From: Octopus bimaculoides
Lineage: Eukaryota
Direction: 5' to 3'
DNA length: 64,000 bases
NCBI RefSeq assembly: GCF_001194135.2
Contig: NC_068981.1
Location: forward strand, 86,253,049 to 86,317,048
Shown here: positions 26,364 through 39,087 of the stretch, piece after piece
Layout of the letters: each line of letters starts with the position of its first letter
Numbering within the stretch: the stretch's first letter is position 1
Notes under the pieces: model-generated
The model's database searches: none
Told to the model about the DNA's origin: nothing
Seen by the model: the letters and a program-made list of their open reading frames with translations, nothing else
Made by a program: the position numbers and the translations under genes

Positions 26364-26739
26364 TATTATTTACATTATTTACATTTGACGGATATTTGTC
26401 CTCATCTTGTTTGTCGTTAACACATTTCAGCTGATGTACTCTCCAGCCTTCATCCTTCCTAAGATATTTTTTCCGATATTATTATTATTATTATTGTTAT
26501 TCAGGTCACTGTCTGGAATCGAACTTGGAATCTTCCAGGCAGTGACCTGAATAACAATACCAGTAAAATATCTTAGGAATGAGAATCCAGGTTCAAAATT
26601 CCCCCAGGGTACCTGATGAAGGCTGGAGAGTACATTAGCTGAAACACTGTGTTAACAACAAACAAGATGAGGACAAATATCTGTCAAATGTAAATAACGT
26701 ACATAATTCCTCATCTCTCAAATATAGAACTGTATTAAC
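26364..26739. mobile_element. Head-to-head inverted repeat with degenerate hammerhead core; Penelope-like
   Basis: Arms 26375-26456 and 26615-26697 plus inner arms; CTGATGA 26613-19, stem II, GAAA 26641-44; flanking ATAATAGTG direct repeat. Confidence 0.65.
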
Positions 26740-27743
26740 ATAATAGTGGTAAAGTGTTCTTGAATTGTTGACATTTCTAATTTGTTTACTAGGAGTCCCT
26801 GTAAAACATAGTACACAAAAACATTAAATTGTTTCAGCAATGATATACTGATTGTGAATTCCTAGCATCCACTCAGTGTATTGTCAGTTTCTTGGCTTTC
26901 AAAAACCTTGTTTAAAGCTTATACTGCAACATCACATCTTTTGTTTAAACCATACTACAGTGCTGGATCTTGGGTTCTTAAAACAATATAGGAGAAAGGA
27001 GATTCAAGAAGTATGTTCAATATATTTTACGCTACTTCAATGGAAATAAATGCGAAGGAATTATTGTTATCACAGGTGACGGTGTTTTTAACACAAGTCT
27101 ATGAAAAGATTTTATCTCAGACAATTCCACTGCATTATGCCTTCTAAAGGTATGTTATACATTTAGTATGATACACAGATGGTGATTTTAATCCAATGTT
27201 GTTTCAATTGCATACACCAAGTTTTTCTGTTTAGGAGTGTTTATATATCAATTTGGGGGTATCAAAAATAACAGGCAAAGGAAACAATTCCATTAATATC
27301 AACTAAGTAGTGGCTAATTCGAGTGGTTCGAAAATATGAACTGCTGACTGAATTTTTGCTAAATTCAACACTGGGTTGGCTAGTATTTAGGAAGATGATG
27401 AGATATCCATGGGGTTTGAAATGCGTCAATTGAAAATGTGGTAGGTGATAGGATTGAGCTGACAATGGCAAAGATTATTAGTTCTATAACAAATCCATAA
27501 AATTAATAGACTTTTAAGTTCGGGAGAAAATAGAATATGTCCACATGATTACAGTGTCACCAGCAGTTATAGTTTTTGAATTGCATTTAATTCTGCAAAT
27601 TACCTAAAAATCGATGTGCTTATACAATTTGTACACTCCAATCACTGTATATGACAAATATCAGGATTACTTTTCCACCCCTACTTGAGGAGAGGAGAGC
27701 AGTAATGATATATACCTAACATGTATATGCATCAAATGAATTC

Positions 27744-28323
27744 GGGGCTAATGCAGTTTCGCACCTCTCTTTGAAAAATGCATTTTTTTCGAAAAACCTT
27801 TTTCAGATTCCTACGTTTTAGATATCGGAGATTACGAATATGCAAAAAAAGAAAAATTATTTCACCCCTTCCCCCACCCATTTCAATTTTTGATTTTGTT
27901 TTCCTTTAAAGAGATCGTAGCGAACTGACAAACACATGCAAACAGAAATTAAATACAGACAAAATGATTAAAGTGAAAAGAATTAGTGTTTTACTTGTTT
28001 GCCTTAAATAATAATTTAATGTAAATTAAATATACACCATTTCTGTTCCATATTCAAGAGATGAGGAATTATGTGCATTACTTACAGCCGAAACGTTATA
28101 TTAACAACAAACAAGATGAGGACAAATATCCGTCAAATATAAATAATGTATACACCATTTTATGAGAAATTCGAAAAAGTTCAAAATTTTAAGGGATGGT
28201 AGTGAGGTGTGGGGGTGTTAAATTTTTTTTTTTTTTTGCATATTCGTAATCTCGGATATCTAAAACGTAAGAATGCGAAAAAATGCATTTTTTCAAGGAG
28301 AGGTGCGAAACTGCATTAGCCCC
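27744..28323. mobile_element. Merlin-like MITE (GG termini, 8-bp TSD)
   Basis: TIR GGGGCTAATGCAGTTTCGCACC; TSD ATGAATTC at 27736-43 and 28324-31. Confidence 0.8.
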
Positions 28324-29508
28324 ATGAATTCATTGTTACAACCATGTGCGTGAATTTTTTGTATACATAGATTGAGCCATTCATCAAAAACCACACGTAA
28401 AGTTGTGTTTATGTACGTCCGTTATATATCTAAATGATTAGGGGCTAAGCAAACATACACGGGAAGAATGATGGAAATCATCGAACTAGAGACAGGGGAG
28501 CTATGCATTAGTTGCCAGTTTCAAGCCGTCGTCTCACCGTAACACAAATTTCGTTTAATGTAGGACGCTGATTTCTAACCATTGTCTTATTTACAGATGT
28601 CTTGGCCGGAAATGAATAATTGGGTCAGATCTTCGATACATAAAAATGAGTGACTATGCAAAGGCGTATGAGAGGCAGATATGGATCCCATCGATGACAT
28701 TTCAGTATGAAATACTTTCGTTCCTTAGAGAGTTATCGAAAGACAAACTACAAACCTTAACAAGATCTTCTGAAGGCTTTCCTTCCAAAGGTTTACAATT
28801 TTTCATAACATTAATGAGTTGTGAGTTCGTCATTAAATTTAGTTATTTGCAAAATTTGGGGGGGGGGGCTGAATGCTTTTTCTAACACACACTGGATCAT
28901 TACATTCACAGTTAAGTAGACAAAACAATGAAATGCTACAGATAAAATTTGAACTGTTAACCTTAACATCGCCATTTATTGATCTCATGAAATAATTCGT
29001 TGACATATCGACATATCTAAGCATGTGCTTATATTTCGTAAAGATGTACAAATATTTCAAGATCAGGAATTCACTTGAATCGAATATTAGGTTTAAACGA
29101 TAGGCGAATAAATAACCTGAAATAAACACGAGGGCAAAATACATAAAACTAAAATTAGGCGAAAATAGTTTTCAAGCCGTGAGAATCCTGTAATTGTTTA
29201 AGGTATCTACCCAAAATCATATTATTGCTGATGAATCTACAGGAATTTTGGCTGCTATTTCTAGCAAGTCGAGCAAAAAGCTAGAGATCTGTTTGGCTCG
29301 TGAAGAAAACAGTACGTTGATGATGCGAAGGACACTAAGGTCACAGAGTAAAGTAATATCCCATCAAGAAAATTACAATTCTTATAACATTAAAAAAATA
29401 CGAGAAGATAAAGCAAAACACAAATCAATAAAGAATAAATACAAAGTTCCCAAGGTTATTGTGAGGTAAGCTGTGGTTTATATTCATAGCAACAACATAT
29501 ATAGGTAC

Positions 29509-29616
29509 CTGTAAAATTTCTTGAGCATTTGCAAGAGCTATTTGTTGTTTAACTGTGTCCATAAGTTGATCCCGTTGACTAGAGTCAAAAGGTGCCGACG
29601 AAGACCCTAAATCCAT
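29509..29616 (-). CDS. TIMM13: Tim13 exon 1 (MDLGSSSAPFDSSQRDQLMDTVKQQIALANAQEILQ)
   Basis: Matches the Tim13 N-terminal helix (compare human ...IMEQVKVQIAVANAQELLQ); CAG|gtacct donor, phase 0. Confidence 0.96.
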
Positions 29617-29680
29617 ATTTCAAAAAGCACGAAAGTGAAAACTCTAAAGAAATTTCTTCCACACAAATGAACACGATCAA

Positions 29681-29744
29681 CCGGAACCGGCACGTGGTGT
29701 AGGAATTTAATTCCCGATATAATGAAATGAAGAGATTTCATTGG
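29681..29744 (-). promoter_or_regulatory. Candidate Tim13 proximal promoter motifs
   Basis: CCGGAA (ETS-type) 29681-86, CACGTG E-box 29691-96 and CCAAT (- strand) 29740-44, all within 130 nt of the ATG; motif match only. Confidence 0.35.
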
Positions 29745-32066
29745 TTAAAATCAAGTAACGCGCTGTGAAACTATTTGTTGCTACGTAGAGGGGAGAAAAT
29801 GTTTATTTGCGAAATAGCTGAACCTGACTCACCCTACTATACAATTATTTGGCTTATTATATGAATTTTATGCACGTCTTCTGGTCAACGATAAGTATTA
29901 CTGGTTCCTCGAATTCTATTAAAAAAAAATATTTATACAGTTGTCCCTGAGAGAAAGAGACAGTAATCCTCCGTTTAACAGCTGCCAGTTCCTATTTTAA
30001 CGTCGTAAAAAGAAAGCAAACATACTTTTTATTAATTTTTTAGTTTATTTTCATATATACACAACTACTGTCAAGACAAGTATCATTCATAAACAAAACA
30101 GTCGAAAGCAACAAGGCCATCAAGGGCTAGTGGGGTGTAGGTGGGAAAAGGAGGTGAAGGGGCAAGTTGACTTTTAGCGTAGAAAAGTGGGTATTGAGTA
30201 CAAGATGATGGTGAGGATTAAGTGTAGGTATAATGGTGTGATACAGTGAAAGGATAGCATGTATTAGAAAGATGAGAGTGGGAATGATAGAAAGAAAGGT
30301 ATAGAGAAGGTCAAGCGGTAGATGTAAACTCCACAAGGATCTGTTGGACAAGAAATACAAATGTAGTTATATATTATATCTCCAAGACTCCATCACTACT
30401 AACGTTTTAGCATTTGTTTCACCATGCACACATGACTGGACAAGTTCTTTCCCGTGCTGTATGTTACCAATCTGTGTAGTTCCCTGTTATCACTTACATG
30501 AGACTTGAGACTCAATATCTTGAGATCAGTCTTTACCATTTCATCCTATCTCTTGTGTCTCCTTCTTCCACAGATTTCATCCACTCTGAATGTCCTACAC
30601 TTCCCTGTACAATCGACAACCTCCATATGCCCTGCATGCCTGTACAAGTAAAGTTGTAGTGAGGTGTAGAAGCGAAACTGCATTAGCTCAGTAACGAGAT
30701 AGGTCACAGCATATCAGGCTAAAGCTGCCTAATTGTCAATCAATGATACTTCAGTTACAATCAATCAATTGTACAATTTCAAGAAAAAATTTCCACTATT
30801 TTCCTGCCAAAACGTGGTAATAAATATAGAAGTCCTAAAAAGACAGGATTTTTGGTCGCTGCTTGACCTGAGGTTAAGAAGAATCATGTGTCCACCATGA
30901 ACATGTAATTTTCCTGCCTTTTGCCTCACAAATATGTAGCTAGCCAATTCTTAACCAAACACAACATATTTATATGACTGCTGGTACCATGATACAGCCT
31001 CCAGCAGCTAACCATTGTAAATATTGTAAAGTTGTGTATAAATAAATAATCTCAACAAAAATCTAAGATGGACCTGGTTGTACATGGGCCAAATTTAATG
31101 CCCATCTAACCAAATTAGTCTTTTCTCTTGTACACTACATCTGATTCTTTTTATACATAGATTGTCTTTTCATCATTCAGGCTCACTTACATAATCCATC
31201 CCATGAAACATGCTAGCTTTATTTCTTTCTATGCTTCACAAATCTACATTCAGTGCTTACATGTCACCCTCTTGCAGTATCACCCTTTGTACACAGACAT
31301 CGTACTTTTCGTCACTCTGAGACAGAAACCTTTTGTTATCAGAAGAGGTAAAAGCTCCTTGAACTTCTTTCAGCTTAATCTTGTCCTGGCCAGTATGCTT
31401 TCAGAACACCCACCCCAACTACCAATTAGGTCACCTAAGTGTTACACGCTCTCAACTATTTCTAAGGAGCTGTCAAAGCATTTGTTGTCCTTTTATATCC
31501 CATAACTTGGCAGTTTGGCAAATACAGATTAATAATATAAGTACTAAACTGAAATGAGTACTGGTAGTTGATATGATCATCATGAGAAAGCTTTGGAGAT
31601 GGTGCCTGAGTATGACCTTCATCGAATGACTGAAATAAGTAAAATAAAAGAATATATTAAAAAATGCATTAGGAAATAGATGTATTAAACTTTAATCTGT
31701 TAGCTTTTAAAGCAGAAGAGCACCATATGTATGCAGAACATATGCATACACAAATGTTAACCATCATATAACATGTGATTTTGGAAATATACTTTTGCAA
31801 CCATGGGTAATGTCAGGAAATATGGCATACATACAAATATAATTCAACTTTTGCCAAATTTCTTAGCACTAATATAAAATGATGAAAAGAAAATATATTT
31901 ATTACTTTAAAAATAAAATGGAATGAAAGAAATTTCTTATTTCTATAACTCATCCCATAACTACTTTGCCATTTACTCCTCCTCCTCCTGTTACCATGTC
32001 CACTCGTGTACACTCATCCTGTATCTCTTATGGTATCTCCCTTTGTTTCTCTCGTTTACTCTCTCT

Positions 32067-32790
32067 ATACAAGATGCATTCAAAAAGTATCCAGTTGTAT
32101 TTTTTCCTACCAAAACCAATGCTGCGTGGGTAAAATCCTTTGGGTGGTAAGTGACACCACCCTTCCTGTTCATACATGAACATTTTTGCACTGGTAAGCA
32201 GCTTCTGCTACTGGCTATTATGCCTTGAGTACAGACATGTAGTGTGCACTCATCAGCTTTTCATTTTCATGCAAGATGGCCGAATGCGTCAAGAAGAAAC
32301 TATAAACCCGTCTCATCACCAATGATGATCGTCTTTATGAAGTCTGGGTTATAGTTTGCTCAGTCCAGCATGTCCTGAGCAATTTCCATGCTGAGTTGCT
32401 TCTGCTGCTCCACTAGCACCTGAGGGATGAATTTTGCTGACACCTGCATGCACAAATCCTCCATTAGAATGGAATGCACTGATCCTGTGTTTATTCCCAC
32501 CTCCTAAGTAATTTCCTGGATTGTTACATGACAATCTTCCATGACTATTCACCGAATCTTCTCAGTCAGCTTCTCATTTCAGCTTGTGGATGGCCTGCCT
32601 AAGTGTGCCTCACTCCCCTGAGGTGTGACCATATTTGAAACGGTTGTACCAGTCCTTGATCTGAATTTTGTCCATGGCATAATTGCCAAAGGCCTGCTGA
32701 ATCTTCTGGATGATTTGAACTTGAGTATCACAAAGCTTTTGACAAAACTTGTTGCAATATCTCTGCTCGATGCATTTAGTGAAAATCCAT
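32067..32790. mobile_element. Rearranged mariner relic
   Basis: TACAAG..TTCAAAAAGTATCC mariner-type end; - strand relic FIKTIIIGDETG. Confidence 0.6.
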
Positions 32791-34215
32791 TTAACTCATA
32801 GATGAGACACTCACAAGTACTACCATTCTGAGTCAGAATGAACCTGAGAGTAATGATAATTAAAGGGTGACTCCATGCTCCCTACAGCTCCAGAATTCCC
32901 AAACTGGATTCCTACAACTGGGCACAGTTTGATGTCTTACCCAAGACAGGCAGGCAAATGAACAAACACACAAACAACCCACCTATCTATGCTGAACTAT
33001 TGAGGAATTTAGTTACTCTACCCAGATTACAAGTTCAGGTTTATACCTGTAATTATTGGGGTACTGGGATATGTAACACACTGCCTAATTACCAATTTTG
33101 TGAAATTAAGCTTCTCAAAACCAGAAAAGAAGAAGCTGATTTGAAGACAACAGATCTAAGACATGACTGGTACTATAAAAATCTATAAAACTTTCCAGAA
33201 GCTTGTCATTTAAGAATATATGAGCATATCTAGACATGTAACTATATGCACAAGAATACATACATAAAACAAAACATATGAATCTGCACATATACATACA
33301 TACAGACAAAAATACTCTGTAGATGTTGAAATTCCAATGAAGGAGCCTTGGATCTAGGTTAGAAACTGGCTCTTTCTCTATTGGCAAGAAATTATGAAAT
33401 AAAAGTGAATAATGACATACGTACATATAAACACAAACAAATACAAATATCAAAAGCTACAGAGATATGGAGGGTATAACTAGAAATAATTCAAAAGAAT
33501 ATTGGCGGAATGTCTCTGTTCTGAATTCAATTAAATGCAAACACAACATACTAGACATAATAAGATAGAGAAAAGAAACTATGCACAGTAGTTCAAATCA
33601 GTTAAAGTAAAAAGAAAATATCTATACTGAAATGATGAGAAATCTCCAGGTAAGCCACCAGGTTTATATATTTAGCTTTCTACAAATAATTATTGAAGCA
33701 TGTGGCTATGTGACTGCCTCAGTACCAATCTTGAGAAGCTGGGATTTACAAAACCAGAAAAATACTTATAATCAGATTACTGCTACAAACATTTGTAGCA
33801 AGACCAATTTCTAGTATGGCATATTAAAGACGATGAGGCTTTTATAGGTTCAGCATGTTAATCTGTAATGATTGGATATTTTACCTATCATGTGAGTTTT
33901 GAACATTGGTGCCACAAATTATCTAAGGACAGAAGGGTGGGTGTTTTTTATCAAGGCAAGTTATGCTGATTTCCTACCATTTTTTACCAGAGAAAAATTA
34001 ATATAATAGTGCACATGTAATCAACAACAACTCAAGCTGAATTATCCAACCGATAGATGAACTACAACCACCAGAATTTGTAATGTTTCGTAGTTGATCC
34101 ACTGTACCACTTTATGGAGAAATAAAGTGTGACTGTTATTTTAAAGATTGTATCTTTTTTTTCTTTTTGTTACTTCCACAAATGAACCCGCAAAATATAT
34201 TATACAAAGGTATAT

Positions 34216-34682
34216 CGAAATCGTAATTGAACTATATTCAATGACTGGCACCTGCGCCAGTGGAGCACTAACAGCACTGTCCGAGCGTGTTCATTGCCAG
34301 AGCAGCTGTCTGGCTTCCATGCTAGTGGCCCGTAAATAGCACCATTTGAGCGTGATCGTTACCAGCGTTACCTTCTAGAAAATCATTCGAGCGAGGTCAT
34401 TGCCAGTGCCACTGGACTGGCTCCCGTGCAGGTGGCACGTAAAAAAACACCACTTTGAGCGTGGCCGTTGCCAGTCCGTGTGACTGCCCCTCGTGCCAGT
34501 GGCACAAAAGCATCCACTACACTCTCGGAGTGGTTGGCGTTAGGAAGGGCATCCAGCTGTAGAAACTCTGCCAGATCAAATTGGAACCTGGTGCAACCTT
34601 CTGGCTTGCCAGTCCTCAATCAAATCGTCCAACCCATGCTAGCATGGAAAGCGGACGTTAAACGATGATGATGATGATGATG
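34216..34682 (+). mobile_element. RTE 3' UTR copy with 10-bp TSD
   Basis: AAAGGTATAT at 34206-15 and 34683-92; (GAT)n tail. Confidence 0.85.
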
Positions 34683-35023
34683 AAAGGTATATATGGTTGA
34701 GTAGCAAAAACCAAGGGAGACTTCAAACCCATCGTTAAAATCTGTGTGTACATGTGCATGTATGTATGTATATATACACGATTGACCGCTTGCTCCAAAA
34801 GTTTTTTTTTTTTATTCTCTCTCTCTTTATTTCCTTGTATTCCTTTCTGTTAAAGAGCGTAGGCTTGAAACATAAAGAAACTTTCTCACTTCCCCAAGCA
34901 TTGAACTAATACACTTGTTTGTTGTTTATACACCTGTCTTCATCTTTTGTTTTTCTGTAAATTTCAACTATATATATATATATATATAAAAATTCAACAT
35001 TGAATATATTCCGTGTATATATT

Positions 35024-35064
<41 letters not shown>

Positions 35065-35087
35065 AGGACATGCATTATACAAATATA

Positions 35088-35295
35088 CAGTAATTCCTCA
35101 ACATATCGCGGTTCACCTATCCCGCACTCAGTACATCACGGATTTTTCTGGCTAATGTATGTAAATTTATATCGCGGACCCCTCAGTATATCGCGGTTTC
35201 TGTGGCCGATAGGTATTTATATATTTTTTTAGATTTTTAATTATTTCAGTGGGAGGCTTTGGAACGTAACACCCGCGATAGTCGAGGGATTACTG
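35088..35295. mobile_element. Tc1/pogo (Tigger-like) MITE
   Basis: TA|CAGTAATTCCTCAACATATCGCGG ... CCGCGATAGTCGAGGGATTACTG|TA. Confidence 0.8.
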
Positions 35296-35818
35296 TATAC
35301 ACACCCATACATACATAAAATATACAATACCCTGACAAAGATGACTCTTATTTCTCAAGCAAAAGCTGTTCATAAAAAAAAAATTCTAGGTAGTGTACGT
35401 GCCTGCACTTGCACTTGCACGCTTGTGTATGCGTGTGAGACAACGCTGGGCATCTTGCTTCTTTTTCTTTGTCTTTCTTTTTTTCATTTATTTAAAAAAA
35501 TTTTGGTCATTATTAGGTCACATCAAATTTGACAGGCGATGTAAATAGGTATGTATTCATGCATGTATGCTTTATGCTCCCGCGTGTATGTGTATCTATA
35601 TTGGTCAAAATATAGTGCAGTATTGCGAGGGGATGTAACTCTTTAAAGGGACATCATTCAGATCATCTTAGTCTTTCGATGAAATGACTCAGATAGATTA
35701 CAAAATAGAACAGATATAATTGACTAAACACCCGGAAATTAATAAAGATCAAAAATAATTAATGATAGCAAAGTTAAAAATTCTGGTAAATGTTTACTTT
35801 AACACCCGACCACTAAAA

Positions 35819-36160
35819 CGTGGTGTAAGAAGCTTGCTTCCCAACTACATGGTTCCGGGTTCAGTTTCTCTGAGTGGCACCTTTCTCTTCTAATATACCC
35901 TCGAGCCGACCAAAGCCTTGTGAGTGGATTTGGTAGACAGAAACTGAAAGAAGCCCGTCATTTATGTACGTATGTATTTGTGTGTCTGTGTCCCCCACCG
36001 TCGCTCGACAATCGATGTTGGTGTGTTTACGTCCCCGTAATCTAGCGGTTCGGCAAAAGAGACCGATAGAATAAGTACAAGTCCTGGAGATCGATTTGTT
36101 CGACTAAAGGTGGTGCTCCAGTATGGCCGCAGTCAAATGACTGAAACAAATAAAGGTAAA
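35819..36160 (+). mobile_element. tRNA-derived SINE family B (internal microsatellite); further copies at about 1-200(-), 15385-16240, 60036-60230, 61035-61180, 63785-63940(-)
   Basis: Shared core ...CCAAAGCCTTGTGAGTGGATTTGGTAGAC(G/A)GAAACTGAAAGAAGCCCGTC and tail GGTG(A)TGCTCCAGCATGGCCGCAGTCAAATGACTGAAAC. Confidence 0.8.
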
Positions 36161-36202
36161 GATAAAATAGGTGTAAATGGATGTGTATTTAACGAATATG
36201 TG

Positions 36203-36769
36203 AACAAAGATTTGCGCCAACGAACCAATTATAAAGAAGTTTGTGCAGAAAATTTGTTTCAGAGGGGTTGGGAAGAGGACTTCCGACGAGAAAGAATTTC
36301 ATAAATTATTTTTTGCCTGAGTGTAATAGAAAACGTTTGACAAAAAGAACTTTTAGATTCGTTTATTTTTCGTTTGAGTAACAGAAAATGGTTTTAAAAA
36401 AGATCTCATGTATCATGATGTGGTTCACCAATAACTTGATGTCATTCACTAATAAATCCTTGGCGCATTTTTTTATACTGTAAAACGTTCAATACAGCTC
36501 TTTCTAAACCCATCAGGTTTGTTAATTTGCTTATAGGCGACCGATAGAACTTGTAATTAACCGAAAATATTAAACCAACAAGGAAAGTATCAGATGGTCG
36601 TGAGATGTACTAAAAACAACAGCTAAATCGCCCTTAACTTTTTTCCAAAGCACTCAAACAAAAAATAAGTTATGAGTTTCTTTCTCTTCGAAAGTCCTCT
36701 CCCCACCCTCTCGGAAAAAATGTTCCCCTCAAACTTCTTTATGGTCGGTTCGTTGGCGCAAATTTTTGC
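36203..36769. mobile_element. Old MITE with about 115-bp imperfect TIRs
   Basis: caaagatttgcgccaacgaacc / ggttcgttggcgcaaatttttg. Confidence 0.6.
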
Positions 36770-37190
36770 TCTAATCCACATTTTTTTACACCTATTACAC
36801 TTTTTTTTTTTTTTTTTTGGTTTGGTGGCCGAGTGTTAAAGTAAACATTAACCAAAATTCTGTGTGGAATGTTTTAAAAAGCTTGATAAAAAAAATTCCC
36901 CTTGTGAAAGCATATGATTAACATAGAGCCATATTTCAACAACTGGTTTTCTCTTCATGATCAAACGATACTTCCCCCCCAATAATTATAGACAACCAAC
37001 AAAACTGAGGTGAGGCTCACAACTAAGTTTTATTAACACATCTGAGACGTTGCTGTTGTTGAAGAAAGACATTTTAGACTGTCTTTTAGCGTATATTCCA
37101 CAAGTGGGATGTGTCCTCTCTCTGCCTTTTCTACCTATTCTATAATGACTTCAGCTCCTCGGAGATAGCTCGGCTCGTGTTACCTCCACT

Positions 37191-37346
37191 CAAGGCTGGC
37201 TCAAAGTACCGGCAACTAGGACAGTCGCCCAGGATGCTAAGTGCTCGGGGGCGCTAAGAAAGGCGAAACAAAAACAAGGAAATTTCCACGACCGTCAGCC
37301 GAAGTTTAGCTTGCCTGAGGCGCCAGCAACCCTAGGGCCGGCCCTG
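37191..37346. mobile_element. hAT-type MITE
   Basis: Ends CAAGGCTGGC / GCCGGCCCTG; 8-bp TSD CCTCCACT at 37183-90 and 37347-54. Confidence 0.85.
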
Positions 37347-39087
37347 CCTCCACTCAAGCAATCCTAGCTTACTAATCTCTGCTCCTCTTATCATTCCCAC
37401 TAGGCCACCCCCCTAGTTCAACCTTCGATCTCTCACTAACCATTATGCCCAGTCCTTCATTCCTCCCCCAGACTATCAACTCTCTGGAGTTCTCTCCCTG
37501 CTCGTTTCTTTTACTGCAAGTCTTGACATGCAAAATCCAAGAAGAATATTGATTGACACTAATATCATCGGCCAAGGAGATCCTGCGAATGCCATGGAAA
37601 TTTCTCCTTCCTCAACATTTAGCATGTAAAAATAAAACAAAATAATAACTGATCAATATACAACTTCGAATCATAAATAAAGTTAAATTAAGACAAATAT
37701 TGATTATTACCATCTCTTTCTTTTATACATATAACATACCTTTTGTTTTGACATTGTAATGAAATTATAACTATCATTTTGAAAGCGATATGACACAAAC
37801 ACAGTTCAAGAGTAAAACAACTCACACAGATGACGATGAAAATGCTGTTTGACCAAGTTACTACTGTATTAATCCGACCACTTCCTTCACTATCGATTAA
37901 AATTCTATCCTGTATTTATTCACTGATGAGCATTCAGACTTACGGAGATCATTCTCGTTTAATTACTTAACTGAATAACAAGGAATTGTCTGTATTTCAA
38001 CAACTTTATTACAAGTGCTTTGATCGGTATTCTAATTGTATTTTTGGTGACCGGTAATAAAGTTACAGAAAAAGTCACAATTTTGGCTAGGAAAAAAAGA
38101 CACAATTAATTTATGGTATCCTGTGATTTTTTATTTTATTTTTTTACTTGCATTCGTATTTTTATATGCTTAATCTAAATATGAAAGCAGATTTTTCCTA
38201 TTCAGCTTAGTTTCTTGTTCTACTTAGATCATTTTTTTTTGTCTTGCTCATCGCTGTATAAAAAATATGTGATATTATTATTAATATATATGTTGTATTA
38301 ATTTTCTTGTAAAATTAGTACTCCTTACTTTTTAGGATGGGAAACAAGTTCTAATAATGCTGGCAGGATAAATTATCAGCAAAGTGTTGTATGAGAAGAG
38401 TAAATTTGGAAGTTTACCGAATGAATATTGAAATATTTTATTACTGATTTAGATGTAGTCTCTCTCTCTCTTTATTCTAGCTTGGTTAGAGGATAAGTGT
38501 AGTGTCCAATAATCTTCTTAAGGGCTTTTGTGATTAGGTGAAATGAAAAGAGAGAGTTACTTCAAATCGGAGAGCTATCAAAAATGGTTAAAGGCATTCG
38601 AGAGCCTGATGGCGTTGTTAAATTAGGGAATAGTTAAGTATACCACCCAACCAACCCCAACAATAAAATAATAATAATAATAATAATAATGACAGAACCA
38701 ACACAGTTCCACAGTTTCCGATAATCCAATTTCATTCATATGTTTTGGTTGACTTGAAGCTATCGTAGAAGAAAATTCCCAAGGTGCCGTGAGAGTGGGA
38801 TCAAACCCTAGACCTTGTAGCAGGAAAGTAATTTTATTTTAAATCACTGTCATGTTGTGCAAAATAAAATTAGGCAAGAGTAAAGGACTGCATGTTAAAA
38901 GAGATCTTTTCAACATTCCTTGTCACAAATGTAGATATTAAAGAAATAATGAATATTTTGTCTCAATAGAACAAAACAAACGAGGAATACTGTTTGTATA
39001 ATTAAACTATAGGGGAGACAACTCTAACGGGATTATAAAATTTCTTCGAGCCCTATTCTATCTCCTTTTTCAGAAAGGAAGATAAGA

